The notes beneath the pieces were generated by a model. That model did no database searches, was not told the DNA's origin, and saw only the letters and a program-made list of their open reading frames with translations. Below are positions 1-10,012 of a stretch of DNA of 64,000 nt, one piece after another. The stretch spans positions 1-64,000 of the forward strand of contig JAZDJR010000029.1 in assembly GCA_043803815.1 (NCBI GenBank), given 5' to 3'. The translations under genes were made by a program, and so were the position numbers. The first letter of the stretch is position 1. Each line of letters starts with the position of its first letter. The DNA comes from Candidatus Micrarchaeota archaeon (lineage in GTDB: Archaea; Iainarchaeota; Iainarchaeia; Iainarchaeales; JAGVWC01).

Positions 1-242
1 GCCGTTCTTGACCGAACGGTAACACCGTTTGGCAACTCAGCCAAAGCCGATGTGCCAGTGAAATATGTGGGAAAAAGAGCCTACGTGGTTATTTTGGGGT
101 AATGCCAACCCACCCCAAAATAATCGTGCAACACAGCAAAATAAAAGACAAAACAGAATTTAAAGTTTTGGATGTTGGAACTATCTGAATTTCCACCGCT
201 TCGCGGACTATATTTCGAGTAAGTTTAAATAACCCCCTCGAA

Positions 243-332
243 TTAAAACAATTTGAGTTTTTTTCCGCGTTTTATTCGACCACCAATGGTAACATATTCA
301 TCGCGTCGCAATTTTCCTTTTCTTTTTGCCAC
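243..332 (-). CDS. Putative 29-aa basic microprotein (MAKRKGKLRRDEYVTIGGRIKRGKKLKLF)
   Basis: Translated by hand; GGAGGT SD just upstream of GTG; TTTAAA box at ~381-386; below the ORF track size cutoff. Confidence 0.5.
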   Translation of the reverse strand: MAKRKGKLRRDEYVTIGGRIKRGKKLKLF

Positions 333-438
333 AAATCTACCTCCTTTAAGACAAACTATAATGCTTCCTAAAAGATACAGTTTAAAAAAATAGTGAATTG
401 CCACGTTTAGGATTTGAACCTGCGCGTCAAGCTAAAAT

Positions 439-3400
439 TTAGAGGATTAGGCCGTTGTAGCCGTCAATGCGGAGTGTACGGGTTTGGGTTCCTTTCTCCA
501 AAACAACAGTGTATAATGGCCGGTAAATTTCATCAATTAACTTGGCGCGCGAATTAGCAAAGAGTTTTTCGACCATTTCCATGGCTTGTTTTTTGGAAAA
601 ATTGGGCTGTGCAACACCGAGGGCATCCGCGTTTTCAAACGGAACCTTGTTCAGGGACCCAACTAGTGAATGGTTAATGGATGGCGGTAAATCAACAAGT
701 TTAGAAACGGAATACACCGCAGAAATAGAGTTGGAATTATTTTTATTTTCAATTTTTCTCACTATTTTTTCTGAAACAAGTTTGTCCAACACATTTTGGA
801 TTTGATCCACGGGTTCTCCAAGGTCTTTGGATAACTGAAGCGGCGTTCGGTGTTGACGCAACAGACGCTGAAATACCCTGGTTTCGGGAAATGTCAGCTC
901 TGTTATTTTTGGTGCCATTTTGGATTCGATAAAGCGATTGTTCACAAAGTGCACGAGTTCGCCCGAGAAAGCGGAAATAAAGACATCGCGCTTGACAAAC
1001 GCGTTGTCCTTGACCTGCACGTGGCAGTGCACGCGGTAAATCGGCTCGAATTGCAGATTGATTTTTTTGATGAGCTCTTCGTTTCCAAAAAGTCCTAAAG
1101 TCTTTTTTTGGCGTTTGGCGTCCGCGATTTGCCTTGCGCGGGCTTCCGAAATTCGGGTCGGAAACGCCAATAATTCGGTTCCGGAAGCAATGGCCGCAAG
1201 TTCGGATTCGGTTTGGACATCCAAAGGAGTTATTTTGTGCTTGGTTTTTCTCATTTCGGCAAGCGAAACCAATCCTTCTTTTTCGGTTGGACTTTTCGCG
1301 TTTTCTAACTCTAATTGTTCCCCGATTTCGTCGTTTTCCGATAACGGCTCGATGATTTCGCTTTTGTCCGAAGCGGCTTCTTCGGGTTCGCGAATGCGTT
1401 TGGCGCCGGGCAAAAACGCGGCGAGTTCCTCCACGATAATATTTTTAGCCATTAACAGCGATAAAACATTCTGAAGATTGGCCCAGGAGTTGTGTTTTCG
1501 GTTTAGCGTTTTCACCAAATTCGTGATTTCAACAATCGTTAATTCGCCTTCTTTTTTGATTTTGGAAAACGCGAGGTCTGCGGCCAATTTTTCAACCATT
1601 GCCGCTTCCATGCTTTCAGTGACTTGCGACGTTTCGGCGTCGCGGCCTTCGTGCTGGCTCATGCGCGGACGCACGCGCAAAACGAATGCGCGCGAGGTTT
1701 CTTCCCTTCGGTCCGCGGTCAGGCCGATTCCAACGGGCAGGGTTTTCAAAAAATTGGGGTTTTTGTATTTGAACGGGATTACCGTGGGAGAACGCTTGTA
1801 AACGGCTTTGATGTCGTCGTCAAAAATCAGTTTGTGGGCGATTAAAATGTCCAGTTGCGACAATACGCGCGAGTCAATGGCGCTGGGCTGCTGCGTGGCA
1901 AACACCAAGGAACAGCCCGGCCTTCGGCCCTGCTTGACATATTCGACCAAAGCGGATGTAGCCGGCGTTCGGATATTGCCGCTTGGAATCAGGGTGTGCG
2001 CTTCGTCGATGAACAACCAGGTGGGCGGGATTTCCAGTTCCATTAAATCGTCCATGTTTTGGGTATCGAGGCGTTTGGCGGCTTCTTTTCGGGTGGCAAT
2101 TTTTCTGGCGGCCAATATGCGCCTGGCCAAAATTCCAATAACCAGCGCGGTTACGGTGTCTTCCAAAAAACTCGTGTCCAAAACCGTCAATTGGCCTTCA
2201 ACGGACAATTCGGAAAGCGGGGTTCCTTTTTCGTCGAAAATTCCCCAGGCTTTGGCGGCTTCAAAGCGCGAAACCAAGGCGCGAATCGAGTCCTGCTTGT
2301 ATCCTTTTTCGCGGGAATTGATTTCGTTGTCGGTTTCAAGGCAATTAATCACGTCATCCAAGGAATATTTTTCTTTTCGCTCTGCAATCGTTTTTCCTTC
2401 GATATTGGAATAGCCGCTTTTGACTTTGGAAAGCGTTTTTTCAAGCAATAAGCCGGTCGGGGAAAATCGTTCGATTCCGAATGTCAGGCACCAGTCTTCA
2501 ACCGTCAATAAGGACGGCCGCATGGAAAACGTGGCGTCATAGGTGGACTTTGGGACTTCGCTTGAAATTCCCGCGGGAATAAATACCTTCAGGTTTTTGA
2601 GCCCTGAAGGGGACAAGCCGTATTCTTCAAGAGAAGAAACTTCGCGGCTATCGCTGTTGGGCAGGCGCATGCTCCAAAAAACTCCCACGGGGTCGACGAC
2701 AATCGAACCAACATCCGGATTTTTGAGCGCCAATTCTTCGGCAATGACCCCGATTCCGTAGGACTTGCCGCTGCCGCGTGCCCCGCACAAAAAAATCACG
2801 TGCGGATTCAGCGAATCCAAATGGACTTTGAAATCCGAAAATTTGGATTCTTTCTCTTCAATTTTTCCAAGGTATAATGAACCCTGATCGCCGTATTGCT
2901 TGAAAATGCTTTTTTTCCTGCCGATAAAAACGATGTTTTTGTCAATGTCCTGCAAAAGCGATAATTCGAGGTTGGCTCCGCCAGTTGGAATTTCGGTTTG
3001 ATTGGAAACTTTTTTGGCCTGTGTTCCCGCTTGAGAAACCGCTTTTCCTTTCGTGCCGATTTCAATCGTTCCGGCTTCGTGCAAAACATCCTCGTCGCTT
3101 AATTCAACGACTTCGTCTTCCAGGTATCGATTAACGTCATTATCCCCGTAAATGGAATTTTCATCGGACGGCGAAAAATCGCTGTTCGATTCGGATTCGT
3201 CATTGTTTTCATTTTCCGGTTCCGATTCGTTTTCTTCTTTTTCACTTTTCGGTTCGGTTTTTCCCGTTTCGCTTTTGGGGTTTTCCTCAATAGCTTGGTT
3301 TGCTTTTTCCAGCAATACTTTTTTGATTGCTTTTTGATGTTCGGTTTTTTCGATTAATGGTTCCAATGGAACGCTTTTGCGCTTGGCTTTTTTTTTGGGC

Positions 3401-3771
3401 TTGTTTTTGGTGTACAAAGAGCCCGAATCGACTGTCGAATCGATTTTAGCTCTGGTTTTTTTCGCGGTTAAAACCGGCGAAGCGGAACCGGTTTTGTTTC
3501 CGGAATCCGAACCGGGTTTGGAATCGGAACCGGTTTTGGCCGCTGAACCGGAATCGGATTCGGGCTTTGAATTTCCCTTGGAATCCGAACCGGTTTTGGA
3601 ATTGGAATTGCTTGTGGATTCCGAATCGCCCGCATCGGCTTGGCTTTCCGCGGCAACGACCGATGCCTTTGGTTTTTGGGCTTGTTTTTCGGCGAGGCGC
3701 TTTAAGGCGGCTTCTTTTTCCGCGTCCTGCCCAAAAACGTCGTCAAACAAATCGTGTTCGTTAGCCATCAA
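439..3771 (-). CDS. HerA/FtsK-like (DUF87) ATPase with low-complexity N-terminus and C-terminal wHTH-like region
   Basis: Walker A GARGSGKS, VVDPVG, Walker B LFIDEAH, QGRRPG..ATQQP motifs. Confidence 0.85.
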   Translation of the reverse strand: MMANEHDLFDDVFGQDAEKEAALKRLAEKQAQKPKASVVAAESQADAGDSESTSNSNSKTGSDSKGNSKPESDSGSAAKTGSDSKPGSDSGNKTGSASPVLTAKKTRAKIDSTVDSGSLYTKNKPKKKAKRKSVPLEPLIEKTEHQKAIKKVLLEKANQAIEENPKSETGKTEPKSEKEENESEPENENNDESESNSDFSPSDENSIYGDNDVNRYLEDEVVELSDEDVLHEAGTIEIGTKGKAVSQAGTQAKKVSNQTEIPTGGANLELSLLQDIDKNIVFIGRKKSIFKQYGDQGSLYLGKIEEKESKFSDFKVHLDSLNPHVIFLCGARGSGKSYGIGVIAEELALKNPDVGSIVVDPVGVFWSMRLPNSDSREVSSLEEYGLSPSGLKNLKVFIPAGISSEVPKSTYDATFSMRPSLLTVEDWCLTFGIERFSPTGLLLEKTLSKVKSGYSNIEGKTIAERKEKYSLDDVINCLETDNEINSREKGYKQDSIRALVSRFEAAKAWGIFDEKGTPLSELSVEGQLTVLDTSFLEDTVTALVIGILARRILAARKIATRKEAAKRLDTQNMDDLMELEIPPTWLFIDEAHTLIPSGNIRTPATSALVEYVKQGRRPGCSLVFATQQPSAIDSRVLSQLDILIAHKLIFDDDIKAVYKRSPTVIPFKYKNPNFLKTLPVGIGLTADRREETSRAFVLRVRPRMSQHEGRDAETSQVTESMEAAMVEKLAADLAFSKIKKEGELTIVEITNLVKTLNRKHNSWANLQNVLSLLMAKNIIVEELAAFLPGAKRIREPEEAASDKSEIIEPLSENDEIGEQLELENAKSPTEKEGLVSLAEMRKTKHKITPLDVQTESELAAIASGTELLAFPTRISEARARQIADAKRQKKTLGLFGNEELIKKINLQFEPIYRVHCHVQVKDNAFVKRDVFISAFSGELVHFVNNRFIESKMAPKITELTFPETRVFQRLLRQHRTPLQLSKDLGEPVDQIQNVLDKLVSEKIVRKIENKNNSNSISAVYSVSKLVDLPPSINHSLVGSLNKVPFENADALGVAQPNFSKKQAMEMVEKLFANSRAKLIDEIYRPLYTVVLEKGTQTRTLRIDGYNGLIL

Positions 3772-3929
3772 AATCCCGTTTAACCAATGAGTTGGCTTTT
3801 GGAACTTAAAAGGGTTTTGGGCTTAAAAAGCCGACTTTCGGGGGTCTTTAAAAAGCCGGAAACCTTTAAATACTTCCAAGCCTATATTATATTAACGATA
3901 CTTAGTGAATAAGTTATTGGGGTGATGGT

Positions 3930-4208
3930 TTGAATTGGAATATCCTTTTGATTGGATTTGCCTTGCTTGGCTTGTCAGCCATTGTTCAAGCGGCTTACTC
4001 GCCTTATCTTAATTATTGGACCGCAACTCCATATGGGGTTTATCGGCCGTATGTTAACCAGTTTCACTATGCCAATACCGCGCCTATCGGACCGCCAAAC
4101 TACGTTTACGGGTATTATCCGACGTATTATTACCCGTCCTATCCCGTCACGTTTGCAGTCCCTTCTCCCGGCATCTGCTATTGGGGAACCGGCTGCCACT
4201 ACCGCTAA
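3930..4208 (+). CDS. Small secreted Tyr/Pro-rich protein
   Basis: GGGGTGA SD before TTG, signal-peptide-like N-terminus. Confidence 0.6.
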   Translation: MNWNILLIGFALLGLSAIVQAAYSPYLNYWTATPYGVYRPYVNQFHYANTAPIGPPNYVYGYYPTYYYPSYPVTFAVPSPGICYWGTGCHYR

Positions 4209-4401
4209 AACGAACGGTTTTCTTTTTCCGTTCCTTTTTTATTCCCTTTTTCCCTATTTTTTCGTATGAACTTTAGAAGGGATTTACTTTGGCTGCCTGT
4301 CACTAATCCTTCCGACTACTTTTAATTCGAACATTACGCTTAATTCTAATCCAAAATTAATTTTTCATTTTCCCGTTGCGCTTAATCATTACAATTCGTT
4401 T

Positions 4402-4469
4402 GGGGCTTTAGCATAACCCGGCAATGACGGCAGCTTTTTTTCCTGCGGGAAAAAAACCTGGGAAAAAAG
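4402..4469 (+). pseudogene. Duplicated tRNA-Trp 5' half followed by T-run/A-run hairpin repeat
   Basis: 4402-4423 identical to tRNA-Trp nt 1-22, similar to about nt 32, then TTTTTTTCCTGCGGGAAAAAAACCTGGGAAAAAAG. Confidence 0.75.
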
Positions 4470-4495
4470 AAAACAAAACGCAAAAAACAAAATAA

Positions 4496-4612
4496 GGGGC
4501 TTTAGCATAACCCGGCAGTGCGGCCGCCTCCAGAGCAGGTTTTGCAGGCAATTGACCTGAAAAAACTGCGCAAAGCGAGCGGTTGATGGGGGTTCAAATC
4601 CCTCAAGCCCCA
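4496..4612 (+). tRNA. tRNA-Trp(CCA) with 44-nt intron (4534-4577)
   Basis: Acceptor GGGGCTT/AAGCCCC, anticodon stem GCCGC/GCGGT, T arm GGGGGTTCAAATCCCTC, intron at 37/38. Confidence 0.9.
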
Positions 4613-4634
4613 ACTTAACAACGGTGTCTGAATT

Positions 4635-5108
4635 ATGAAACAAATCCTGCTGAACTGGAAACAAATCGAAACCGCGTGCCGCAAATTATCCGAAAAAATA
4701 TCTAAAAACAGGTATGACGCGGTCGTTTGCATTGCCAACGGCGGCTTGGTTCCGGGCAGGCTATTCAGCGAATACCTGAATGTTCCGCTGGGCATTGTCG
4801 TTGCCAAGCGTTACAATCGCAAAAACAAGGCTAAAAAATTTTTTGCAATGGATTCGAAAATTTTATGGTGCGGCAAAAAGCCCAAAACAAAACGGATTTT
4901 AATCGTCGATGACATTATTGACGAAGGAATTACGGCCCGGACAATCGCGGACCGGTTGAAAAAAAAATTAAAACCAAAACGGCTTGATATTGCGGCGCTT
5001 TTTTGCAAACCCAAAAAAACCAAAGCCAATCTGGCGGATTACACTGTTTTTTATTACAAAAAAACGAAGGATTGGATTGTGTTCCCGTGGGAAACACAAC
5101 CCGTTTAA
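4635..5108 (+). CDS. Purine phosphoribosyltransferase (Gpt/Hpt-like)
   Basis: IANGG, PRPP-binding ILIVDDIIDEGIT, C-terminal WIVFPWE. Confidence 0.88.
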   Translation: MKQILLNWKQIETACRKLSEKISKNRYDAVVCIANGGLVPGRLFSEYLNVPLGIVVAKRYNRKNKAKKFFAMDSKILWCGKKPKTKRILIVDDIIDEGITARTIADRLKKKLKPKRLDIAALFCKPKKTKANLADYTVFYYKKTKDWIVFPWETQPV

Positions 5109-5116
5109 CAACCGGT

Positions 5117-6994
5117 TCACGAATTTTTTTGCTTCATGTACAGTCTGATTTTTTCCAGCAATTGGTCGCGCACCATCGGAATAAACCGAAGCGAACCCGC
5201 GTGTTCGTGTCCGCCGCCTTCGATTCCGCCGTTGGAGTAAGCGTTGATGCTTTGCTGTACGAATTCGGAAACCGAAAAATTGGTTTTGTCCGTTGCCCGC
5301 AAAGTAATGAAGTCTTTTCCGTAACCGACGGTCAGCACCGGTTTTTGGAGAAAGTCTTTTTGCAGGGCATCGTGCAGGTTTCCGGTCGCTTTTCCGGGAT
5401 TGGGATAAACCCCGAAATTGGACGTGTTTTCAATGTCCACAAAAGCCAGTTTGACGTTTCCGATGTCTTCGGTTTTGACAAACTGTTTTGAAATGGCGAG
5501 CTGGCGGTTCATCATGGATTGGATTTTGGGGTAAAGCAGTTCGCACAATTGTTTTTGCTTTTGGCTGTCAGAACCGAACAAAAAATCCACAAGTTCGCGC
5601 GATTCGGAAAACTTGAACGTCCAAGCTTCAAAATCGATTACCGCGCCAAGCTTTTCCAAGTATTCTTTGGAATATCCTTGGCCTTCGGCGATTTTGAGGT
5701 ATTGGTTCAGTTCGTCGGACTCGATTCGGTCCGCGATTCCCGCCAATGCGGCGATGTAATCCACGTTTTGGCTTTTGTCGGAAATCATGCGCGAAATTTC
5801 AACGCAGAGCATTCCAGCCGAAAAATCGGTTTCGCTTCCCACAAAATGCGGATTGATATGGACCGCGGCGAGATTTGAAATCGGGTCTTTTTCAAAATGA
5901 TGATGGTCAATGACAATCACTTCGCAGTCGAACAGTTTGACCAATTGGATTGGCAATTCGTTTTCGGGCCCCGAACCCGTGTCCACAATTACGATTAACG
6001 GCATTTTGTCGTTGAACTTGGCCATGTCGGACAACGCCATGGAAACGTCTTTGGTCGCGTCATAATAATCGTAGTACGGCGATTTGCTCGGCGTTCTCGC
6101 GTAGTATTTCCACAGCGCTTTTTCGTCGGAATGCTGTTCGCGCATCAAAGGCATAATCGCGCGTTCAAGCGCGAGCGCGGCGGAATAACCGTCGCAATCC
6201 GCGTGATGTTTTAGCACAATCGGACGAGAATCGACAATAGCGCGCTTGATAATGCGCACCGCTTTTTCAAATTCGGGCTGTAACCGGTCCAAAATTTTGG
6301 ATTGAACCAAAAACGGGCGCTTGACCGGCTGAATTCGTTTTTGAACGATTGCTTCAACAACTTTGGCAAACAATTGTTTTTGCTCTTCGTTTAGTTTTGC
6401 AATCGAACTGATTTCACCTTCCAGCACTTCTTCGTGTTCGATGATTGCGACTTCGGCTTCGACTACGTCGCCTTCCTCGATTTCAGGGTAAGCGCGCTTG
6501 CCGGCTCCGGCAAATCCCTTGACGTTCATGGTGCCCGAACCGTCAAACAACAAGAATAACGTGGGGCCTCCGGTTTGCTGGATTTTTTCGACTTTTCCGC
6601 GCAGCTTGAACTTTTTGTCCAAGTCGTCCTTGGAAATGTCCGCTAGGCAAATCGCTTCGGTTTCGAGTTCAAAGCGGCCCTTAAGGTATTCGACTTTTAC
6701 GTCGTTTTTGGATACACTTTTGACTTTGACCGCGCCTTGCTTATAGCCACTATCGGTTGCTTCGTCCGAATTCAGGATTAAAGCGCTTACGGCATCGTTT
6801 AAAACGGCCATTGGGCCGTGAAATACCGCATGGTAATCCCGGCCAACGGTTAAATCGGTCGCGGATTCGTCTTTTTTGAGGCGGATTACCTTGATTGTTT
6901 TGACTATTTCAAAACCGTGTTTAAAATCCCGGTTTTGGGAACGATTCCCTTGATGGGAATTTTTGCCTTTAAAAGGCCTAGAATGAGAATTCAC
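5117..6994 (-). CDS. Archaeal RecJ-like DHH-family exonuclease with OB fold
   Basis: HHADCDG, VDTG, IDHH and GGGHEHAG (DHHA1) motifs; QTGGPTLF OB-fold. Confidence 0.88.
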   Translation of the reverse strand: MNSHSRPFKGKNSHQGNRSQNRDFKHGFEIVKTIKVIRLKKDESATDLTVGRDYHAVFHGPMAVLNDAVSALILNSDEATDSGYKQGAVKVKSVSKNDVKVEYLKGRFELETEAICLADISKDDLDKKFKLRGKVEKIQQTGGPTLFLLFDGSGTMNVKGFAGAGKRAYPEIEEGDVVEAEVAIIEHEEVLEGEISSIAKLNEEQKQLFAKVVEAIVQKRIQPVKRPFLVQSKILDRLQPEFEKAVRIIKRAIVDSRPIVLKHHADCDGYSAALALERAIMPLMREQHSDEKALWKYYARTPSKSPYYDYYDATKDVSMALSDMAKFNDKMPLIVIVDTGSGPENELPIQLVKLFDCEVIVIDHHHFEKDPISNLAAVHINPHFVGSETDFSAGMLCVEISRMISDKSQNVDYIAALAGIADRIESDELNQYLKIAEGQGYSKEYLEKLGAVIDFEAWTFKFSESRELVDFLFGSDSQKQKQLCELLYPKIQSMMNRQLAISKQFVKTEDIGNVKLAFVDIENTSNFGVYPNPGKATGNLHDALQKDFLQKPVLTVGYGKDFITLRATDKTNFSVSEFVQQSINAYSNGGIEGGGHEHAGSLRFIPMVRDQLLEKIRLYMKQKNS

Positions 6995-7176
6995 TAAATC
7001 AACTCCTGTGAAAATTATAAATACTGCGCTAAAAAATTAGGCGAATATTTTGTTTTTCTCTTCTTTGTAATGATATTAATCATCCGCTACTAATAAAAAA
7101 CCAGTCCCAAGACCAAAAAACCCCAAATTCGGCTCCAATTAGCCGATAAAATCCGTTAAACCCCTTTTTTGGAAAG

Positions 7177-7237
7177 ATTATCCGAAGTTCAGTCCCTGCC
7201 CCATAGTGGGGCAAGCGGTGGCTGGGTGCGGACGGCT
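7177..7237. repeat. Dispersed intergenic repeat, copy 1 (ATTAT-N8-CAGYCC...CGGACGGYT)
   Basis: Shares ends and spacing with 15326-15388 and 16537-16581; internal hairpin TGCCCCA-TAG-TGGGGCA. Confidence 0.55.
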
Positions 7238-7339
7238 AAAAATTTAGCGAATCATTTTTTTGGTAAAACTTTTTGGATGCAAAAAAAGCACTACCGATGT
7301 CCCATTGAAAATGGGACGACGTAGACCGCGCAGCCGCCG

Positions 7340-7393
7340 GTTTGCGGCTTTGCGAAGCAATTTTTCCCAAGGCTTTTTGCTTGCAAAAAGGCT
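7340..7393 (-). repeat. tRNA-associated hairpin repeat downstream of tRNA-Ala
   Basis: Minus strand GCCTTTTTGCAAGCAAAAAGCCTTGGGAAAAATTG resembles the tRNA-Ser and tRNA-Arg introns. Confidence 0.7.
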
Positions 7394-7395
7394 TT

Positions 7396-7466
7396 TGGAC
7401 TCGCCGGGAATCGAACCCGGATTTCGTCCATGCGAAGGACGCTTCCTACCGTTAGAATACGAGCCC
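7396..7466 (-). tRNA. tRNA-Ala(CGC), intronless
   Basis: GGGCTCG/CGAGTCC acceptor with G3:U70, CGTCC-TTCGCAT-GGACG anticodon arm, GTTCGATTC T loop. Confidence 0.93.
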
Positions 7467-7535
7467 ATAAAAAAGGTTGGAATTACTATTTTTGGGTATT
7501 AATGGTTTTAAAAACCCGCGATTGGTTTTTGGGTT

Positions 7536-8138
7536 TTAATTCATCAGTTCAAGCGCGATTTCTTCGGGCAATAATTCCAATACCCAGTTTTTGGTCAGGG
7601 AATCCATTACGATTAACCGCTGTTTTCGAAGTTCGGCGGTTGGCAGGTTCATTACTTCCTGGGCTTGTTTGGCAATCTTAACGGACAGAATGTGCTGGGT
7701 TGACTCGGGAACATTGCCTCGCTTAATCACTGCCTCTAACCTGCTTTGAATCGCAGGATTAATCTTTAAGCCGGCGTGAATAGCCGCATACACTTCGGGA
7801 GGCAGCAATTCATACAGCCAAAGCCGTGTTTCGGGTTTTTGGACCGCCAATCGTTCCACTTTTTCCGCCAAGGTGGCCAGATTTTGAATTTCCTGCGCTT
7901 TTTTGGCAATTTGGTGTTCCAGCTTATTTTTTGTTTTGGGGAAAATGTCGGGGCGTTCCAAATATCCTTTTATTTTAGAACCGATGGCGGAATTGACGAC
8001 TGTTCGTTCGTGATGCTTGGCAAATTTTTGTTCTTTGCGTTTCCGCATCAATAATTCGTGCTGCCGTTTTTTATTCACGGAAACCCCTTTATGCGATTTT
8101 GGAGCTGGATGCTGGCCGGACACAAGAATCAATTTCAA
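7536..8138 (-). CDS. Hypothetical protein with basic N-terminus
   Basis: 200-aa ORF filling the intergenic space; start uncertain. Confidence 0.55.
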   Translation of the reverse strand: MKLILVSGQHPAPKSHKGVSVNKKRQHELLMRKRKEQKFAKHHERTVVNSAIGSKIKGYLERPDIFPKTKNKLEHQIAKKAQEIQNLATLAEKVERLAVQKPETRLWLYELLPPEVYAAIHAGLKINPAIQSRLEAVIKRGNVPESTQHILSVKIAKQAQEVMNLPTAELRKQRLIVMDSLTKNWVLELLPEEIALELMN

Positions 8139-8463
8139 ATGATTGTCTTTTGCTGCTTAAAAAACCTTGGACCAAACAGTTTTTGAAAAAATCGCTATAG
8201 TTTTGGTAGTTTTGAAAACCTATTTAAACAGTTTTATCGAAAATTAAAGAATCGAATTGGGAGTTAAGGGGTAAGCTACACCGCCGTTCCGATTTTTGGG
8301 GGAAGTTTTTTGATAAAACTTTTTTCCAAAAAGTTTTTTGGACTGTTCTTGGCAAAGGAGAATAGAGACGGTTCCCTGGCTTACCTTTTTTATTTATAGA
8401 ATAAAAACCGGCGGCTGACCGACATTAAAAATTCCGCTTTTTTTTCGCCGAAAAACTCTTTGT

Positions 8464-9993
8464 TTAGGGTTTGATGTATTCTCGTATTACCCATGCTCCG
8501 AGCAGCAGGGTGATGATGGTTAGTATGGCGGCGGGTGTGTCGATGAGATTGGTGGGTTGGTTGATGATTTGGAGCTGTTTTTGGGTGCAGGTTTTGTCAA
8601 TGCATTCTTTTCCGAATCCGCAGGCGGTTCCGTTGAGTGCGGGTATTTGATAGCAGTTTTTGCTGATGCATCGTCCGATGATGCAGGTGTTGTCTGTGCA
8701 TTCGTTGTTGTTTTTGCAGCCGAGTGTTTGGATTTCGCTGGCGGTGGTTTGGGTGAATTGGTTGATGATGGGAAATGAGAATAGGCTGGCTTGTTCGGTG
8801 GTGAGTTGTTTGGGTAGGTAATAGATGATGGTGGTTCCTGTTTTTTCGAGGAAGGGTATTCTAAACTCAATTATTGGGTCTGGGTTGATGATGTTGATGG
8901 GTGTTAAAGCGGTGATTTCGTTTGCGCTGCCGGCGATTTGTTTGTTTATTTGTTCAATTAGGGTAAGGTTTTTCCAGACGTTTTCACTTGTGGGATTGCA
9001 GTTTTGGATGTGCAGGTAGATGGCGGTTCTGGTTTTTGTGGTAAAGCTTTGGCTGGGATAATATTGTTCGATAACAACGGTTCTTGTGATGCAGAAGTTT
9101 TGAAGGCTTGCGGTAATGGTTTCGATGCTGCTTTCGTAGCCGGCTTGTTTTAGTTGTTCGAGAATTTGGCTGGGTGTAGGTTGATTAGTTGCTTTGGAAT
9201 AATCTATTGTGAGCAGGTTGGTTTGGCCGGTGACTTGTTCTTCGGCTGAGCCGCAGTCGACTGGGCAGTTGAGCTGGTTTTCGTTGAGGTTGTTTTCGCA
9301 GATGTTGTTGCCGCAGCCGAGTACGCAGTCTTGGGAGCACGTGGTTTGGTTTTCGTTGTGGGTGCAGGCGTGGTCGCCGCAGGTTGAGGTGCAGTCGGTT
9401 GGGCAGAATGCGGCATCTTCGTTGGGGTTGCATTTGTGGTCTCCGCAGTAAGTGGTTTCGGTTGCGGGTCCGATGGGTCGGCAATCGGTTGGGCAGTTGC
9501 CGATGGTTTCGTTTCCTGTGCATTTGTTGTCGCCGCAAACGCTGCAGTCGTTCGGGCAGGATAACAACGTTTCACCCGGATTGCACACCCTGTTTCCGCA
9601 CGTGCTTAAGCAGTCCGCGGGGCACGAAGAATAATTTTCGCTTCCCGTGCAGCACCCGTCTCCGCAACTGGGATTGCAATCCTGGGCACAGGAGCAATCC
9701 GTTTCGCTTCCCGTGCAGCAATAATCGCCGCAGGAAGCAGGGCAGTCCTGAGGGCAAGTGCAGGCGCTTTCCCTGTCGCAATCTCCTGGCTGATTAGGAT
9801 TCAGCTCAGTACCTGCCCCCCCGGGTGTAGAAAGCCCGCTGTCGCAGACTCCGTTTCCGCAACAGAGTCTTTCCGGGATTGGAGAATTTTCCTCTATTTT
9901 TTGGCCGCCAACCGGCATTCCGGCGGCCAGCACCAAAATAATCAGTCCGATAAGAACCAAAGCCGGTTTTTCCATATTATTTTGTTCGTCCAT
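8464..9993 (-). CDS. Cys-rich membrane-anchored surface protein with CGDxxC...CPxDC repeats
   Basis: Signal peptide, about eight Cys-rich repeats, C-terminal TM helix. Confidence 0.8.
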   Translation of the reverse strand: MDEQNNMEKPALVLIGLIILVLAAGMPVGGQKIEENSPIPERLCCGNGVCDSGLSTPGGAGTELNPNQPGDCDRESACTCPQDCPASCGDYCCTGSETDCSCAQDCNPSCGDGCCTGSENYSSCPADCLSTCGNRVCNPGETLLSCPNDCSVCGDNKCTGNETIGNCPTDCRPIGPATETTYCGDHKCNPNEDAAFCPTDCTSTCGDHACTHNENQTTCSQDCVLGCGNNICENNLNENQLNCPVDCGSAEEQVTGQTNLLTIDYSKATNQPTPSQILEQLKQAGYESSIETITASLQNFCITRTVVIEQYYPSQSFTTKTRTAIYLHIQNCNPTSENVWKNLTLIEQINKQIAGSANEITALTPINIINPDPIIEFRIPFLEKTGTTIIYYLPKQLTTEQASLFSFPIINQFTQTTASEIQTLGCKNNNECTDNTCIIGRCISKNCYQIPALNGTACGFGKECIDKTCTQKQLQIINQPTNLIDTPAAILTIITLLLGAWVIREYIKP

Positions 9994-10012
9994 TTTCGGT
10001 TCTCCTTGGAAT

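Noticed and set aside
439-3771. HerA-like ATPase as the element's missing coupling protein
   Set aside because: It lies more than 25 kb outside the att sites and nothing in the sequence links it to the element.
4389-4807. Minus-strand ORFs over tRNA-Trp
   Set aside because: Antisense to the tRNA and the phosphoribosyltransferase gene.
9185-9800. Repetitive DNA with many overlapping ORFs
   Set aside because: Explained by Cys-rich repeats of the 8464-9993 protein.
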